Origin: a virus
Taxonomy: Duplodnaviria > Heunggongvirae > Uroviricota > Caudoviricetes
DNA: 64,000 nt
IMG/VR virus record: IMGVR_UViG_2706796243_000001
Direction: 5' to 3' (one strand)
This document shows, one piece after another, positions 47,301 to 56,420 of this stretch. A model generated the notes under the pieces. The model was not told the DNA's origin and made no database searches. It worked only from the letters and a program-made list of their open reading frames with translations. Made by a program: the position numbers and the translations under genes. Position 1 is the stretch's first letter. Every line of letters begins with the position of its first letter.

Positions 47301-47993
47301 TCAAGCGATAATTTTCGGTTCTACGAAAGTGGTTGGCTTCATGATCTTGCCTTTACTATCGAAGAACACAATATGTTCACCACTACGCACAGCAGTTACA
47401 GAGTTGTAACGTCCTTTGGAGCGTATTTCAATCTCCTTGCATTCAGCAGTCAGCAACTCGTCATCAGTGTACAGATGAAGGGTTGGATGAACATCGCGAA
47501 GTTGTGCGATTGTAGGGTACTTAGAATCGTTTGACGTAAGCACTTGGCGCATATTGTAGTCCAAGTTAATATCTAATCGATAGCATAACGCTACAGACCG
47601 CTCAAGAACAGCACGAACAGATTCAATGGATAATGGTGTATTGAAAATGAGTTCTACCATCTCACCAATGTTGAACTGTACCATCCCATCAGGCTTCATT
47701 GCTTTTTCCCAACGAATACCAGAAGATTCAAGCAACCAGAAAGCATAGGACGAGACGACAAAGAGATCGCAAGCACCATCTACAACCTCGATACGATTGC
47801 CATCTTCAAGAGCCTTAACAAGCTCTTTGAATTCTTCTTCAACGAAAGAGAATTGCAAATCAATCGGAGTAGCCTTACCGCCGCGAGCGACACGAGCAAT
47901 ATGGTTCCATTGGGCTACATGACGACCATATTCAACAAGGTCTTTCGGTTTTGTCATTGACAGTAGGGTTTCATAAGTTACGCCGAAGTTCAT
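47301..47993 (-). CDS. MazG-like nucleoside triphosphate pyrophosphohydrolase (tentative)
   Basis: EEEFKELVKALEDGNRIEVVDGACDLFVV resembles the MazG E..EL...........E.GD core. Confidence 0.4.
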   Translation of the reverse strand: MNFGVTYETLLSMTKPKDLVEYGRHVAQWNHIARVARGGKATPIDLQFSFVEEEFKELVKALEDGNRIEVVDGACDLFVVSSYAFWLLESSGIRWEKAMKPDGMVQFNIGEMVELIFNTPLSIESVRAVLERSVALCYRLDINLDYNMRQVLTSNDSKYPTIAQLRDVHPTLHLYTDDELLTAECKEIEIRSKGRYNSVTAVRSGEHIVFFDSKGKIMKPTTFVEPKIIA

Positions 47994-48002
47994 TTATTCT
48001 CC

Positions 48003-48374
48003 TTAATTAACAACATCTGAAGCATGATCACCATCAGGCTGATCACGAATAATTCTTAATGGCAGCAGCGCTCCGTTCTTTGCAACGAAAAGACACTTAT
48101 CGCCATAACTCCCGTTCTTATACCACGAATAGGAGGTATTAACCTTGTATGCCATGCCATCAAACTGGCATGTCATTGTGTTCCACAACGGTTTGATAAG
48201 GGCCAGCGTCACAAGACCCAATACAACCGCCCAGACAATCAGTAAACGCTTAATCTTTCCCTGAGTCCAGTCGATAAAATCATCGAGCTTATCTTTACGG
48301 AATCGGTAGGCGAGATAAATCCCGCCACCAGTGAGTATTGTTGCACCAAGCAACGCCAGTCCATACCAGATCAT
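48003..48374 (-). CDS. hypothetical membrane protein (123 aa)
   Basis: Two N-terminal TM helices. Confidence 0.45.
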   Translation of the reverse strand: MIWYGLALLGATILTGGGIYLAYRFRKDKLDDFIDWTQGKIKRLLIVWAVVLGLVTLALIKPLWNTMTCQFDGMAYKVNTSYSWYKNGSYGDKCLFVAKNGALLPLRIIRDQPDGDHASDVVN

Positions 48375-48838
48375 TATGCACGTACCTCAGTGACTTTTAC
48401 AGCAGTTTCACCACGGATCTGGACATTAGACCCATCGTCGAGTTCAAGAATGGTGTCATCACCACTTACCTTGACCCCTTTGACGAGATATTCTTTGCCC
48501 CACATCTCAACCTTATCACCCATCACCACGTTCTTAGCCTTGTAATCACCAGGTAGACGATCTTCATCGGTCACAGGCTCATACAGGTCGCTAAAATCCT
48601 GTGGTGACATTGCACGGAATTGGTCGCCAACCTTAACGATATAATCACCAGGAAAAGCTTGGGTCCCATTCACATCCATGTTACGGATGTCTCGTGTGTG
48701 AATCTCTGAGTCTTTCCAGACACCAGTCTCCATCCACTTTGTCACTTGACCAACACCTGTGCTCGAACCATTGAACACATGTGCTTCCACTTCTTGAGGT
48801 TTTCTCTTATAAAATGCCATCAGTATACAGGCTCCCAT
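48374..48838 (-). CDS. hypothetical protein (154 aa)
   Basis: ORF. Confidence 0.45.
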   Translation of the reverse strand: MGACILMAFYKRKPQEVEAHVFNGSSTGVGQVTKWMETGVWKDSEIHTRDIRNMDVNGTQAFPGDYIVKVGDQFRAMSPQDFSDLYEPVTDEDRLPGDYKAKNVVMGDKVEMWGKEYLVKGVKVSGDDTILELDDGSNVQIRGETAVKVTEVRA

Positions 48839-50121
48839 GTTAATGAATCAACTTCTCGTACACTCTGCCCTACAGGGAACTGAGGAACACCGTCGTCAGT
48901 CCTTGCTTGGAATGTGAAGTTGATGAACTTACCGACCAGAAGTAACATTCTCGCTTGAGAACGTTCTTCACGCGTCCCCTTCATCTTACAGTTAAATCTG
49001 GTTCCGTCTTTTTCTTCGCAGAGGAGAACGCCCTCACCGTTTTTGTCCTCCACAGAGTCCAACACCTTCGCTTCACCATCCTGGAACAGCTTCCATTTCT
49101 GAAGGTCGGAAGATCGCTGACCGAATTCATACACGCCTTTGAAGTTGCGGATAATAACACCTTCATAACCCTCTTGCATGTATCGCCCAATGAACCGCTT
49201 AACCGCATCTTCATTCAGGACAAACTCACCACGAACAACATTTATTTTTGGTGCATTGACCTCACAATCAAGTGAATACATCACGCTAACAAGATCAGAT
49301 AGTCGGTTTTTATCATGGCTCTCTGAATGCCACGGGCTGTTTGCGTTTACAGGAATATCGAAAATGTGATATTCAAGGTCCAAACTTGAGTAACCGCCAT
49401 ATCGGTCAACATCTTTCACCGGTTCAATACTTACATCGTATTCATCACCATCAAAATCTTTCCATACTTGCTCACCGTTGTCAATAGCTTTCTGATAGCG
49501 TTTCAGATCTGATTGGTAATCCTTTTCAATCTCAACCTCGATCTGCTCAGGTGTACGCCACTTCTTAGCCAGAGCAACAATCTTCTGTAAGCTCAGACCA
49601 TGAATATATAGTTCACCATCAAATTTGTCAAACCCAGTATGCTCTGCAAGTTCTTTTGTCTGCTGCAACAATGCACCTTGAACAGGGTACGTCTTGTTTC
49701 CGCGACTATTAAATACTGGGATACCATCTTTGTCAAGAGTTACAAGGGCGCGTACCCCATCAAGCTTAGGCTGCACATAAGCAGGGTAAACTAATGCTTT
49801 TGAACGTTTAATTGCATCGTGTGCGAGCATGGGAGAGAAGTTCTCCTCAGTCTGTAACGCCTCTTTTGTCTCACGATAACCAAGGCGTACTTGCTTCTCC
49901 CATTTTGATCGCGCTTCAAGCACAGCCTGAAATGCAGCAGTTGTTTGATTAGCACGACCAACATTTTTCATTTCACATTTGGTACGTTTTTGCTGTACCT
50001 TTCCATTTTCTTTACCAAACTCAACAACTACCTCATCGCCCTCTGTTCTAACATTCCAGACCTGATAAGATCCGTCCTTGTTAATGGCGTACAGTGTTGG
50101 GGTATCTAAAGCAATCGACAT
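48820..50121 (-). CDS. ATP-dependent DNA ligase
   Basis: Motif I KLDGVRAL (KxDG) and later nucleotidyltransferase motifs; 433 aa. Confidence 0.8.
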   Translation of the reverse strand: MSIALDTPTLYAINKDGSYQVWNVRTEGDEVVVEFGKENGKVQQKRTKCEMKNVGRANQTTAAFQAVLEARSKWEKQVRLGYRETKEALQTEENFSPMLAHDAIKRSKALVYPAYVQPKLDGVRALVTLDKDGIPVFNSRGNKTYPVQGALLQQTKELAEHTGFDKFDGELYIHGLSLQKIVALAKKWRTPEQIEVEIEKDYQSDLKRYQKAIDNGEQVWKDFDGDEYDVSIEPVKDVDRYGGYSSLDLEYHIFDIPVNANSPWHSESHDKNRLSDLVSVMYSLDCEVNAPKINVVRGEFVLNEDAVKRFIGRYMQEGYEGVIIRNFKGVYEFGQRSSDLQKWKLFQDGEAKVLDSVEDKNGEGVLLCEEKDGTRFNCKMKGTREERSQARMLLLVGKFINFTFQARTDDGVPQFPVGQSVREVDSLTWEPVY

Positions 50122-50897
50122 TATTTCTCCTTACCTTGTAATGCTGTCTTACATTCAAGATGATCTTCCACAATCTTGATGAAATTGTTGTTGCTGAAAG
50201 CCTCTACAGCACCACAACGGAATTGCATAACACCATGAGCATCATACTGCTCTTGCTCAAGATAGTTGATACGTGGGTTTACCACAAGCACCTTTGTTCC
50301 TCTACGAACAGCAGGAAACAACTCCCAGTTGAAGTTGATGACTGTATTTGAGCATCCGACAACGATCACCATATCTTCATTGGTAAGGGTGTCAAGGATG
50401 TCATACATCCTGCTGTATTCTGGTGCAAATTCACCAAAGAACACAACATTGGGCTTACACCATTTATACTGATCAGGATCAACCTCGTTATAGCCTACAT
50501 CAATAATCTCCGGCTTTCCTTTCGGGTTGTCCTTGACAATGATTTCCTTCAGGTATCCATGAATGTAGACCGTATCCTCTTTCGGCACACCAGCACGTTC
50601 CAAAAGATCATCAACGTTGGTGGTCAAGTTAACAACCTGCCCTGGATAACGCTGGAACCACTCTGCAACGCGAAGGTGAGCCAGGTTCGGATGAACAGTC
50701 GGCAGTTCAGCACGACGCTTATTGTAAAACATGTGGGTTTTATGGTAGAAGTTTCCACGGAATGCGTGGATATTGCAAACCTCTTCCAGATCGTATTCAT
50801 CCCACAACGCCTTACCTGTTGACTCATCAGTACGGAAAGTTCGAACACCACTCTCAGCAGAGAAACCAGCACCAGAAATAACAATCAAACGTCTCAC
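50121..50897 (-). CDS. Sir2-family NAD-dependent protein deacylase / ADP-ribosyltransferase
   Basis: GAGFSAESGVRTFR Rossmann NAD-binding motif typical of sirtuins. Confidence 0.8.
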   Translation of the reverse strand: MRRLIVISGAGFSAESGVRTFRTDESTGKALWDEYDLEEVCNIHAFRGNFYHKTHMFYNKRRAELPTVHPNLAHLRVAEWFQRYPGQVVNLTTNVDDLLERAGVPKEDTVYIHGYLKEIIVKDNPKGKPEIIDVGYNEVDPDQYKWCKPNVVFFGEFAPEYSRMYDILDTLTNEDMVIVVGCSNTVINFNWELFPAVRRGTKVLVVNPRINYLEQEQYDAHGVMQFRCGAVEAFSNNNFIKIVEDHLECKTALQGKEK

Positions 50898-50906
50898 TTA
50901 TTTCTC

Positions 50907-51314
50907 CTATTGTAATTTCAACGAGTTACGCAGACGACGCTCTTGAGCATCTCGTGTTTCCTGCGGAACGCTGTGAATAGAATCGTTACCATGACGGTTT
51001 TCAACCACCAAGCTAACTACTTGATATCCATAATCATTAGCCAAGTCAAGGTACGGTTTAATTTCTTTCTCGCTGGTTGAGGTATTTGAAACGATCACGC
51101 GATCATAACCGATATCCATTGCCAGGCGAACGTTTTTCTGGCACCACTCGTGCGCCTTGTGCTGGTTTTCCTGCTTCCACCGGTACTCACCATCAACATA
51201 GTGGAACATATCCGCTTCGTAATGTGGAACATTGCTGTCATTCTTCAGGAGTTCTGCAACGGTTGATTTACCCGCACCAGAAACCCCACGAAGGATGATT
51301 AATGTCTTTTCCAT
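50907..51314 (-). CDS. P-loop polynucleotide 5'-kinase-like protein (T4 Pnk kinase-domain-like)
   Basis: Walker A GVSGAGKST; 135 aa; collinear with the N-terminal kinase domain of T4 Pnk. Confidence 0.5.
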   Translation of the reverse strand: MEKTLIILRGVSGAGKSTVAELLKNDSNVPHYEADMFHYVDGEYRWKQENQHKAHEWCQKNVRLAMDIGYDRVIVSNTSTSEKEIKPYLDLANDYGYQVVSLVVENRHGNDSIHSVPQETRDAQERRLRNSLKLQ

Positions 51315-51323
51315 ACCCTCTCC

Positions 51324-51689
51324 TCAGTAATTGTTTCTCAGAATGGTTACACCATACCGTGCCAAACTATCTTTTGCAAGCATAAACTTATGCCCTGCTG
51401 AAGGGTTCGATGTGTGAACGAACAGCTTGACCGGGCCAAAGAGCATCTTTCCGAAGACAATCTTTTCCTCAAGCGCCAGGAAACACCAATACCCATCATG
51501 ATCAGAATCTTCTCCAAGATCATTATCGAAGTGCCACTCCGTGACACGACGATATGGTTTTGACCGATTTTCGAGAAACTGAATAAAATCCTGCGAATTT
51601 TTTATCCACAAGGCATCTGGATGCCCGTAATTAACGGGGTCCCTTAAGTCATCGAGCCACACCAACATAAAAACGACTCCCACGGTCAA
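51324..51689 (-). CDS. hypothetical protein (121 aa)
   Basis: ORF. Confidence 0.4.
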   Translation of the reverse strand: MTVGVVFMLVWLDDLRDPVNYGHPDALWIKNSQDFIQFLENRSKPYRRVTEWHFDNDLGEDSDHDGYWCFLALEEKIVFGKMLFGPVKLFVHTSNPSAGHKFMLAKDSLARYGVTILRNNY

Positions 51690-52626
51690 AGAGATCTTCT
51701 ATCGTAAAATAATCTTCAACTATCTTACGACGCTGCTGTGAATCCATAGCTGACCAAGCATCTTTGGTGTAGTATTCACGAATATGGTCAAGCAATTCGT
51801 AATACTCTTCATCAATACGCTGCTTTGCGTTGTCTGGATGATCCCAGATCATATCCCACTTGTTATCACCACCACGCATCAAGAACTTCTTCGCCAGATA
51901 ATGAGGGGATTTGATTTTCAACAGTAAGCTGAACGGATAGTTTGGCTCACGCACAACATAACCTTCGTGGTTGCAATGCTTTGACATTTCAACAACATCT
52001 GAAAATTTAACCATCTGGTGAACTTCAGGACGCTTGAATTTAGTAACATTCGCGATTCCGTCAAGAGCACCTTCAGGCAGCATAAAACTTGTGCCGTCAC
52101 GGTTCTGGATTCGAGCACCAATCAGGTACGCCCCAGGCTCTTCATCAACAATATGCGGATCAGATGGATCACAGATTTCGAAGATGAACGTCGCCTTTGC
52201 ACTTTCTGTCCACTTAATGAAGTGCTCAATGTCATTGCATTCAGCAATGATGTGATTCTTCGCCAGAACTGCAAAGTCTGATTCCAGAGTTCCTGTAGTT
52301 GACACCACAAGCTGGCCCTTATACACACCAGCGGATGCCATAAATCCATTAACTTTACGAACTGCATCAACCACCTTGTCTGCCGGAAGGTCTGTGCCAT
52401 TTTCGAAGTGATTGAAAATCTTGGTGAAAGGCCAGATAACCACATTGTCATCCGAATCAACCACCATGCCACGGCATTCCAGGAGACGTGGATCTGTGTT
52501 CCACAGATTATCCCAGAAGACATTGTTTTTGTACTTCAGAACTGATAGGCCAGCGAACGGGCCATCAGTGTAAGTCTTCTTGGTGACCAGCTTTTTAGCG
52601 ACCAGATCGTCTACGTTAAAGAGCAT
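51649..52626 (-). CDS. ATP-dependent RNA ligase (Rnl2-like nucleotidyltransferase)
   Basis: Motif I KVNG, motif III FIFEIC, motif IV EGYVVR and motif V LKIKS are all present; 325 aa. Confidence 0.6.
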   Translation of the reverse strand: MLFNVDDLVAKKLVTKKTYTDGPFAGLSVLKYKNNVFWDNLWNTDPRLLECRGMVVDSDDNVVIWPFTKIFNHFENGTDLPADKVVDAVRKVNGFMASAGVYKGQLVVSTTGTLESDFAVLAKNHIIAECNDIEHFIKWTESAKATFIFEICDPSDPHIVDEEPGAYLIGARIQNRDGTSFMLPEGALDGIANVTKFKRPEVHQMVKFSDVVEMSKHCNHEGYVVREPNYPFSLLLKIKSPHYLAKKFLMRGGDNKWDMIWDHPDNAKQRIDEEYYELLDHIREYYTKDAWSAMDSQQRRKIVEDYFTIEDLFDRGSRFYVGVAR

Positions 52627-53252
52627 GTTTCTTCTCCCATTAGGATGTCATATTCAATTTTTGCAATAATATCTTGCAGCTTTTGTCTTATTCTAACATC
52701 CTGTTCTGAGATTGCAAGAGATTTTGCATGATTTCTCTTTTCAATTTGCCAAGCTTTATGAGCATCGGTTTCTGTTCTGAAACTACCAATATACCTTCCT
52801 TTGTAGTGGCAGTAAAATGTGTCCGCAAGGCGGGTTTCTTTGGAAACCCCTATCATATACTTGCCATTTTTCTTAACAGATGAAAAGAATTGATTACATT
52901 CTTGTGTTACGAATGCACAAGACTCTGGTGAGTATATTTTTCCGTCACCGAGGATATCCTTATCCAAGTAGAGGCCAGCAACATCCGTATCACCAACCCA
53001 CGAAATGAAATTGGAAAGGTAATACCATTCATCGCATACTGATACACTTTCATAATATTGGTGTTTATTGTGCTTTACAAGACATCTTCGCAACATATTT
53101 CGCCACTTAAGATATACAGGATGGAAAATCCTTTTTCCATCAACAACCCTCTGTGTAATTATATCAGAGTCATTGATACCAAGAGGGGAGCTAAGATCTT
53201 TTTTCATAACCATCTGCCTGATAATACGTTGTATTATACGGTGTCTCAACAC
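52611..53252 (-). CDS. freestanding homing-endonuclease-like protein with AP2 DNA-binding domain (paralog of 949..1536)
   Basis: YLKWRNMLRRC...YESVSVCDEWYYLSNF and GRYIGSFRTETDAHKAW; overlaps both neighbouring genes. Confidence 0.5.
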   Translation of the reverse strand: MLRHRIIQRIIRQMVMKKDLSSPLGINDSDIITQRVVDGKRIFHPVYLKWRNMLRRCLVKHNKHQYYESVSVCDEWYYLSNFISWVGDTDVAGLYLDKDILGDGKIYSPESCAFVTQECNQFFSSVKKNGKYMIGVSKETRLADTFYCHYKGRYIGSFRTETDAHKAWQIEKRNHAKSLAISEQDVRIRQKLQDIIAKIEYDILMGEETCSLT

Positions 53253-53547
53253 TGAAGCTTACCTGGCATAATTCCTGAGCCAAGTATGTCCCAAGTTCAA
53301 CAGCCATGTCAAGAATTTCATGTTCTGGTCGCTCAAAACGAGGATACTGCATGATACGCACAGTCATACCGTCTTCCACACCACCAGTATAAACATAAGT
53401 ACAAGGGGAAATCTGCACACATGCTCCCCTCATCACCCAGTGTCGGCAAAGATTTTCCGCCTGGTTGTAACTGCCAGCAATATGTATTGTGGCGTAAAAA
53501 GATTTTGATGTTTTCTTAGGCAAGAAATTGCGTTTTTGGTTGTGCAT
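53191..53547 (-). CDS. hypothetical protein (118 aa)
   Basis: ORF. Confidence 0.4.
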   Translation of the reverse strand: MHNQKRNFLPKKTSKSFYATIHIAGSYNQAENLCRHWVMRGACVQISPCTYVYTGGVEDGMTVRIMQYPRFERPEHEILDMAVELGTYLAQELCQVSFSVETPYNTTYYQADGYEKRS

Positions 53548-53556
53548 ACCATCTCC

Positions 53557-54150
53557 TCAGTGATGAATATCGTAAATAGGCTTTTTAAGGCACTCAGAAA
53601 CGGCCTCAAGCATCGTCAAAGGACGACCGTGGACATCCCAACCCACATCAAGGATTCGTCCACCAGGTGCCTTATATGAGCCGTGGCTATGTCCGTGGAG
53701 CATGACTGATCCGTGGTGTGCTTTATTCCAAGATGCAAACGGGTAGTGCGACATACACACCCGAACTTTTTCTTTTCCTGTGCTGAAATCAATTTCTTTA
53801 TAGTCAACAACTTCGTGACCAAACTCGCGAAATACCCGCTTTGTCGTGTGGTTGTCGTGGTTGCCACCAACCAAAATGATCTTTCCGTTGATTCGGCTAA
53901 GAATGTCACGAACCTTCGGCTCCACATGCTTACCATACGCGATCACAAAATCACCTAAATGTGCAACAACATCATCAGGTTTCACATGTTTGTTCCATGT
54001 TTTAACCATGTCGTCATTCATCTTGACAACACTCGCTGAATCTTCTTTCGGTCCGTACAGGTTTTTACGGAACTTATCACAGGATGGGAAACCAAGAATA
54101 TTGGTATGCCACCAATGTGTATCTGATGTTACATGATCGATATTAGTCAT
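53557..54150 (-). CDS. calcineurin-like metallophosphoesterase
   Basis: GDFVIAYG, GNHD and GHSH motifs. Confidence 0.7.
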   Translation of the reverse strand: MTNIDHVTSDTHWWHTNILGFPSCDKFRKNLYGPKEDSASVVKMNDDMVKTWNKHVKPDDVVAHLGDFVIAYGKHVEPKVRDILSRINGKIILVGGNHDNHTTKRVFREFGHEVVDYKEIDFSTGKEKVRVCMSHYPFASWNKAHHGSVMLHGHSHGSYKAPGGRILDVGWDVHGRPLTMLEAVSECLKKPIYDIHH

Positions 54151-54524
54151 TTCTTTTTCTTCCTTTTCGTTGTTTTCTTATACAGCCCTAAAGCGGCGTT
54201 CTCTTGGGCGCACGTCATAACCTCTGTGAGTCCACGCCTTTCCAGTTCAGGCATGTTTAGTTCCCACCACCCCAGCCAGTAAATTTCATCTTTTGTAAGT
54301 GGTTCTGCGTTAGGATCTGCCTCTTGATCGTGCAAGCGTTGAATGGCTTCTTTGATGATCTCAACCTTTGTATTGAAAACAAAAGCTGTTGTATCGAATT
54401 TTTCCCTTACAGGTTTCTTGATGTCTTTTTTCATTTGTCCATGTCCTCCGCAGGGTATGCGTACAGAAGGTATTGGTTTCCACGGGGCAGATTGTTGTGC
54501 TGCCAAGTAATAAGCTTCAAGCAC
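54147..54524 (-). CDS. hypothetical protein with poly-Lys C-terminus (125 aa)
   Basis: ORF. Confidence 0.4.
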   Translation of the reverse strand: MLEAYYLAAQQSAPWKPIPSVRIPCGGHGQMKKDIKKPVREKFDTTAFVFNTKVEIIKEAIQRLHDQEADPNAEPLTKDEIYWLGWWELNMPELERRGLTEVMTCAQENAALGLYKKTTKRKKKK

Positions 54525-54730
54525 ACCAAGTTGACGACATTTCGATCACCATGAATGTACACACATGACTCCAACCACGACTTACCAATATCCACACGGC
54601 TGTCGAGATACAGTTTTGTATTGAACCGCTTTTCAGCGACAGCCATGATGTTCTTGAGAGCCATAAAAGCCTCTCTGCATACAGATTTTTCACCAGATAT
54701 GTGACTAAGCTTCAAAATAATCCTCCACAA
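54431..54730 (-). CDS. hypothetical protein (99 aa)
   Basis: ORF. Confidence 0.35.
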   Translation of the reverse strand: MWRIILKLSHISGEKSVCREAFMALKNIMAVAEKRFNTKLYLDSRVDIGKSWLESCVYIHGDRNVVNLVCLKLITWQHNNLPRGNQYLLYAYPAEDMDK

Positions 54731-54826
54731 TAGCCCTCAGAGCCTCTGAGCGGCCCTGTATTGAATTAAAATGGTGTGAGGAACCCAAGTGTACCACCAC
54801 ACCAACAAAACGTCTCAGAGAGGCTC

Positions 54827-55156
54827 TCAGAGCGTTATGAGAATCTCACTCAGATCCACCACACAATTATTACCTTCGATGTGCTCCACTGTCAAGTCTT
54901 TCATCTGAGTCACCACCACATTTGGTCTGCGTAGACGACCACGAACAGAGTCGTAGTAATTTCCAAACACCTCCTGTGCAGATTTACCATCTGGTAACAC
55001 CACACAAACTTTCTGATCCTTATTGCATTCATGAAAGACTTCACGTACCATCATCAATCGTGTGGTTTCTTCATCTGTAGGCATCGCCTTACGACGACTC
55101 TTACCACACACCATATCTCCAACAGCTTTAGCTTGTTTACTTGACAACATTAACAC
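54827..55156 (-). CDS. hypothetical protein (109 aa)
   Basis: First gene of the minus-strand block; divergent promoter region upstream. Confidence 0.45.
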   Translation of the reverse strand: MLMLSSKQAKAVGDMVCGKSRRKAMPTDEETTRLMMVREVFHECNKDQKVCVVLPDGKSAQEVFGNYYDSVRGRLRRPNVVVTQMKDLTVEHIEGNNCVVDLSEILITL

Positions 55157-55488
55157 TCTCCTCTAAAACGATAGGAGCATTGTACATGAACAAAACGAGA
55201 AGTCAACTCTTGACAACAGATTTTTGTTCATCCATACTGACCCAACTGACCCAACTGAGCCACTGGCTCTATGACTGTAGAATATATAGATCATACTTAA
55301 AGATCTTTTATATAGATCTTATGTTTTATTGTTTTGATTTTAAAAGATCATAAGTTAGTTTAATTGATAGGTTAGTATTGTATTCCTTTTTGGGAATAAT
55401 TAGACATTCCCGATTGGGAATAATTAGGTTGACATCTGCGTTACGTTGGTGTACATTCTAATTATATCTGTTCTGGAATAAATAGGAG

Positions 55489-55851
55489 ATGGTGGTGGAG
55501 ATAAAGATTGGTGATAACACTGTGAACATAAGGGATGGCTCTTACGTCACTATCCCGACACAGTGGCTTTTTGATGACCGTCTCTCACCACAAGATTTGC
55601 AAAGGTTGATAAAATTGTGGTGGAGGTATGATTACTTCAAGAGTTTAAACCCTGATGGTGGTGATGAGGTATTCTTTCCATCTCAAAAATCTTTGTGTCA
55701 TCTTTTTGGGTTGAGTGAGAAGTCACAACCGAAAGTATCAGAGTTCTTGACAAAGATAGAGTATCTTGGATACATTCGCCGCATACGCTCTGGTTTTCAA
55801 GATTCTAAAGGGAATGCAAAACCAAGGCATTACATAATTGTTAATAGATAG
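55489..55851 (+). CDS. winged-helix DNA-binding protein (120 aa)
   Basis: AGGAGA RBS; wHTH-like SQKSLCHLFGLSEKSQPKVSEFLTKIEYLGYIRRI. Confidence 0.5.
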   Translation: MVVEIKIGDNTVNIRDGSYVTIPTQWLFDDRLSPQDLQRLIKLWWRYDYFKSLNPDGGDEVFFPSQKSLCHLFGLSEKSQPKVSEFLTKIEYLGYIRRIRSGFQDSKGNAKPRHYIIVNR

Positions 55852-55859
55852 AGGATGTT

Positions 55860-56420
55860 ATGCTTGAAGTTATAAAATCGAAAGAGATAAGTGCTTCTGA
55901 AAAGGTTCTTTTGATGTTTATGGGGTTGAATGGTGTTGGGGTTTATACTTACCAAGATTTCATAAACTCCACAGGGTTGAGTAGAGCCACTGTTGGTAGG
56001 TCACTCTCTTCTCTGTATGAAAAGGGTTGGATCGAGAAGAAAACCGCCATCTCTGACAGTGGAGCGGAGAGTATTCAGTACAGTATTTCGTTTGGTGATT
56101 CTACAAATCCAAAATTTGAAAGAACCTGCTACGTTTATGTTCAAGAGCTTGCAGGCCCAGGCTTAACAATCGGAAAAGTTGGTATAGCATTTAATGTTTT
56201 CGAAAGAATGCGCCAACAATCAAAGAAAAGTTTGTTTCAGCACAAACTGATGTACTCCAAGCTGTTCAAAAGTTATGCTGAAGCTGCCAAAGTTGAGCAG
56301 ATTGTGTTGAGTGCGATCCCACAATTTGTTTGTGAAAAAGATTGGTTACCTGACGGCTTCACAGAGACAATCCACAAGCAAGATATTTTAAAGGCTATTC
56401 AAATAATTGAGGAGAAATAA
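55860..56420 (+). CDS. winged-helix DNA-binding protein (186 aa)
   Basis: YQDFINSTGLSRATVGRSLSSLYEKGWIEKK, a MarR/Rep-like wHTH. Confidence 0.5.
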   Translation: MLEVIKSKEISASEKVLLMFMGLNGVGVYTYQDFINSTGLSRATVGRSLSSLYEKGWIEKKTAISDSGAESIQYSISFGDSTNPKFERTCYVYVQELAGPGLTIGKVGIAFNVFERMRQQSKKSLFQHKLMYSKLFKSYAEAAKVEQIVLSAIPQFVCEKDWLPDGFTETIHKQDILKAIQIIEEK

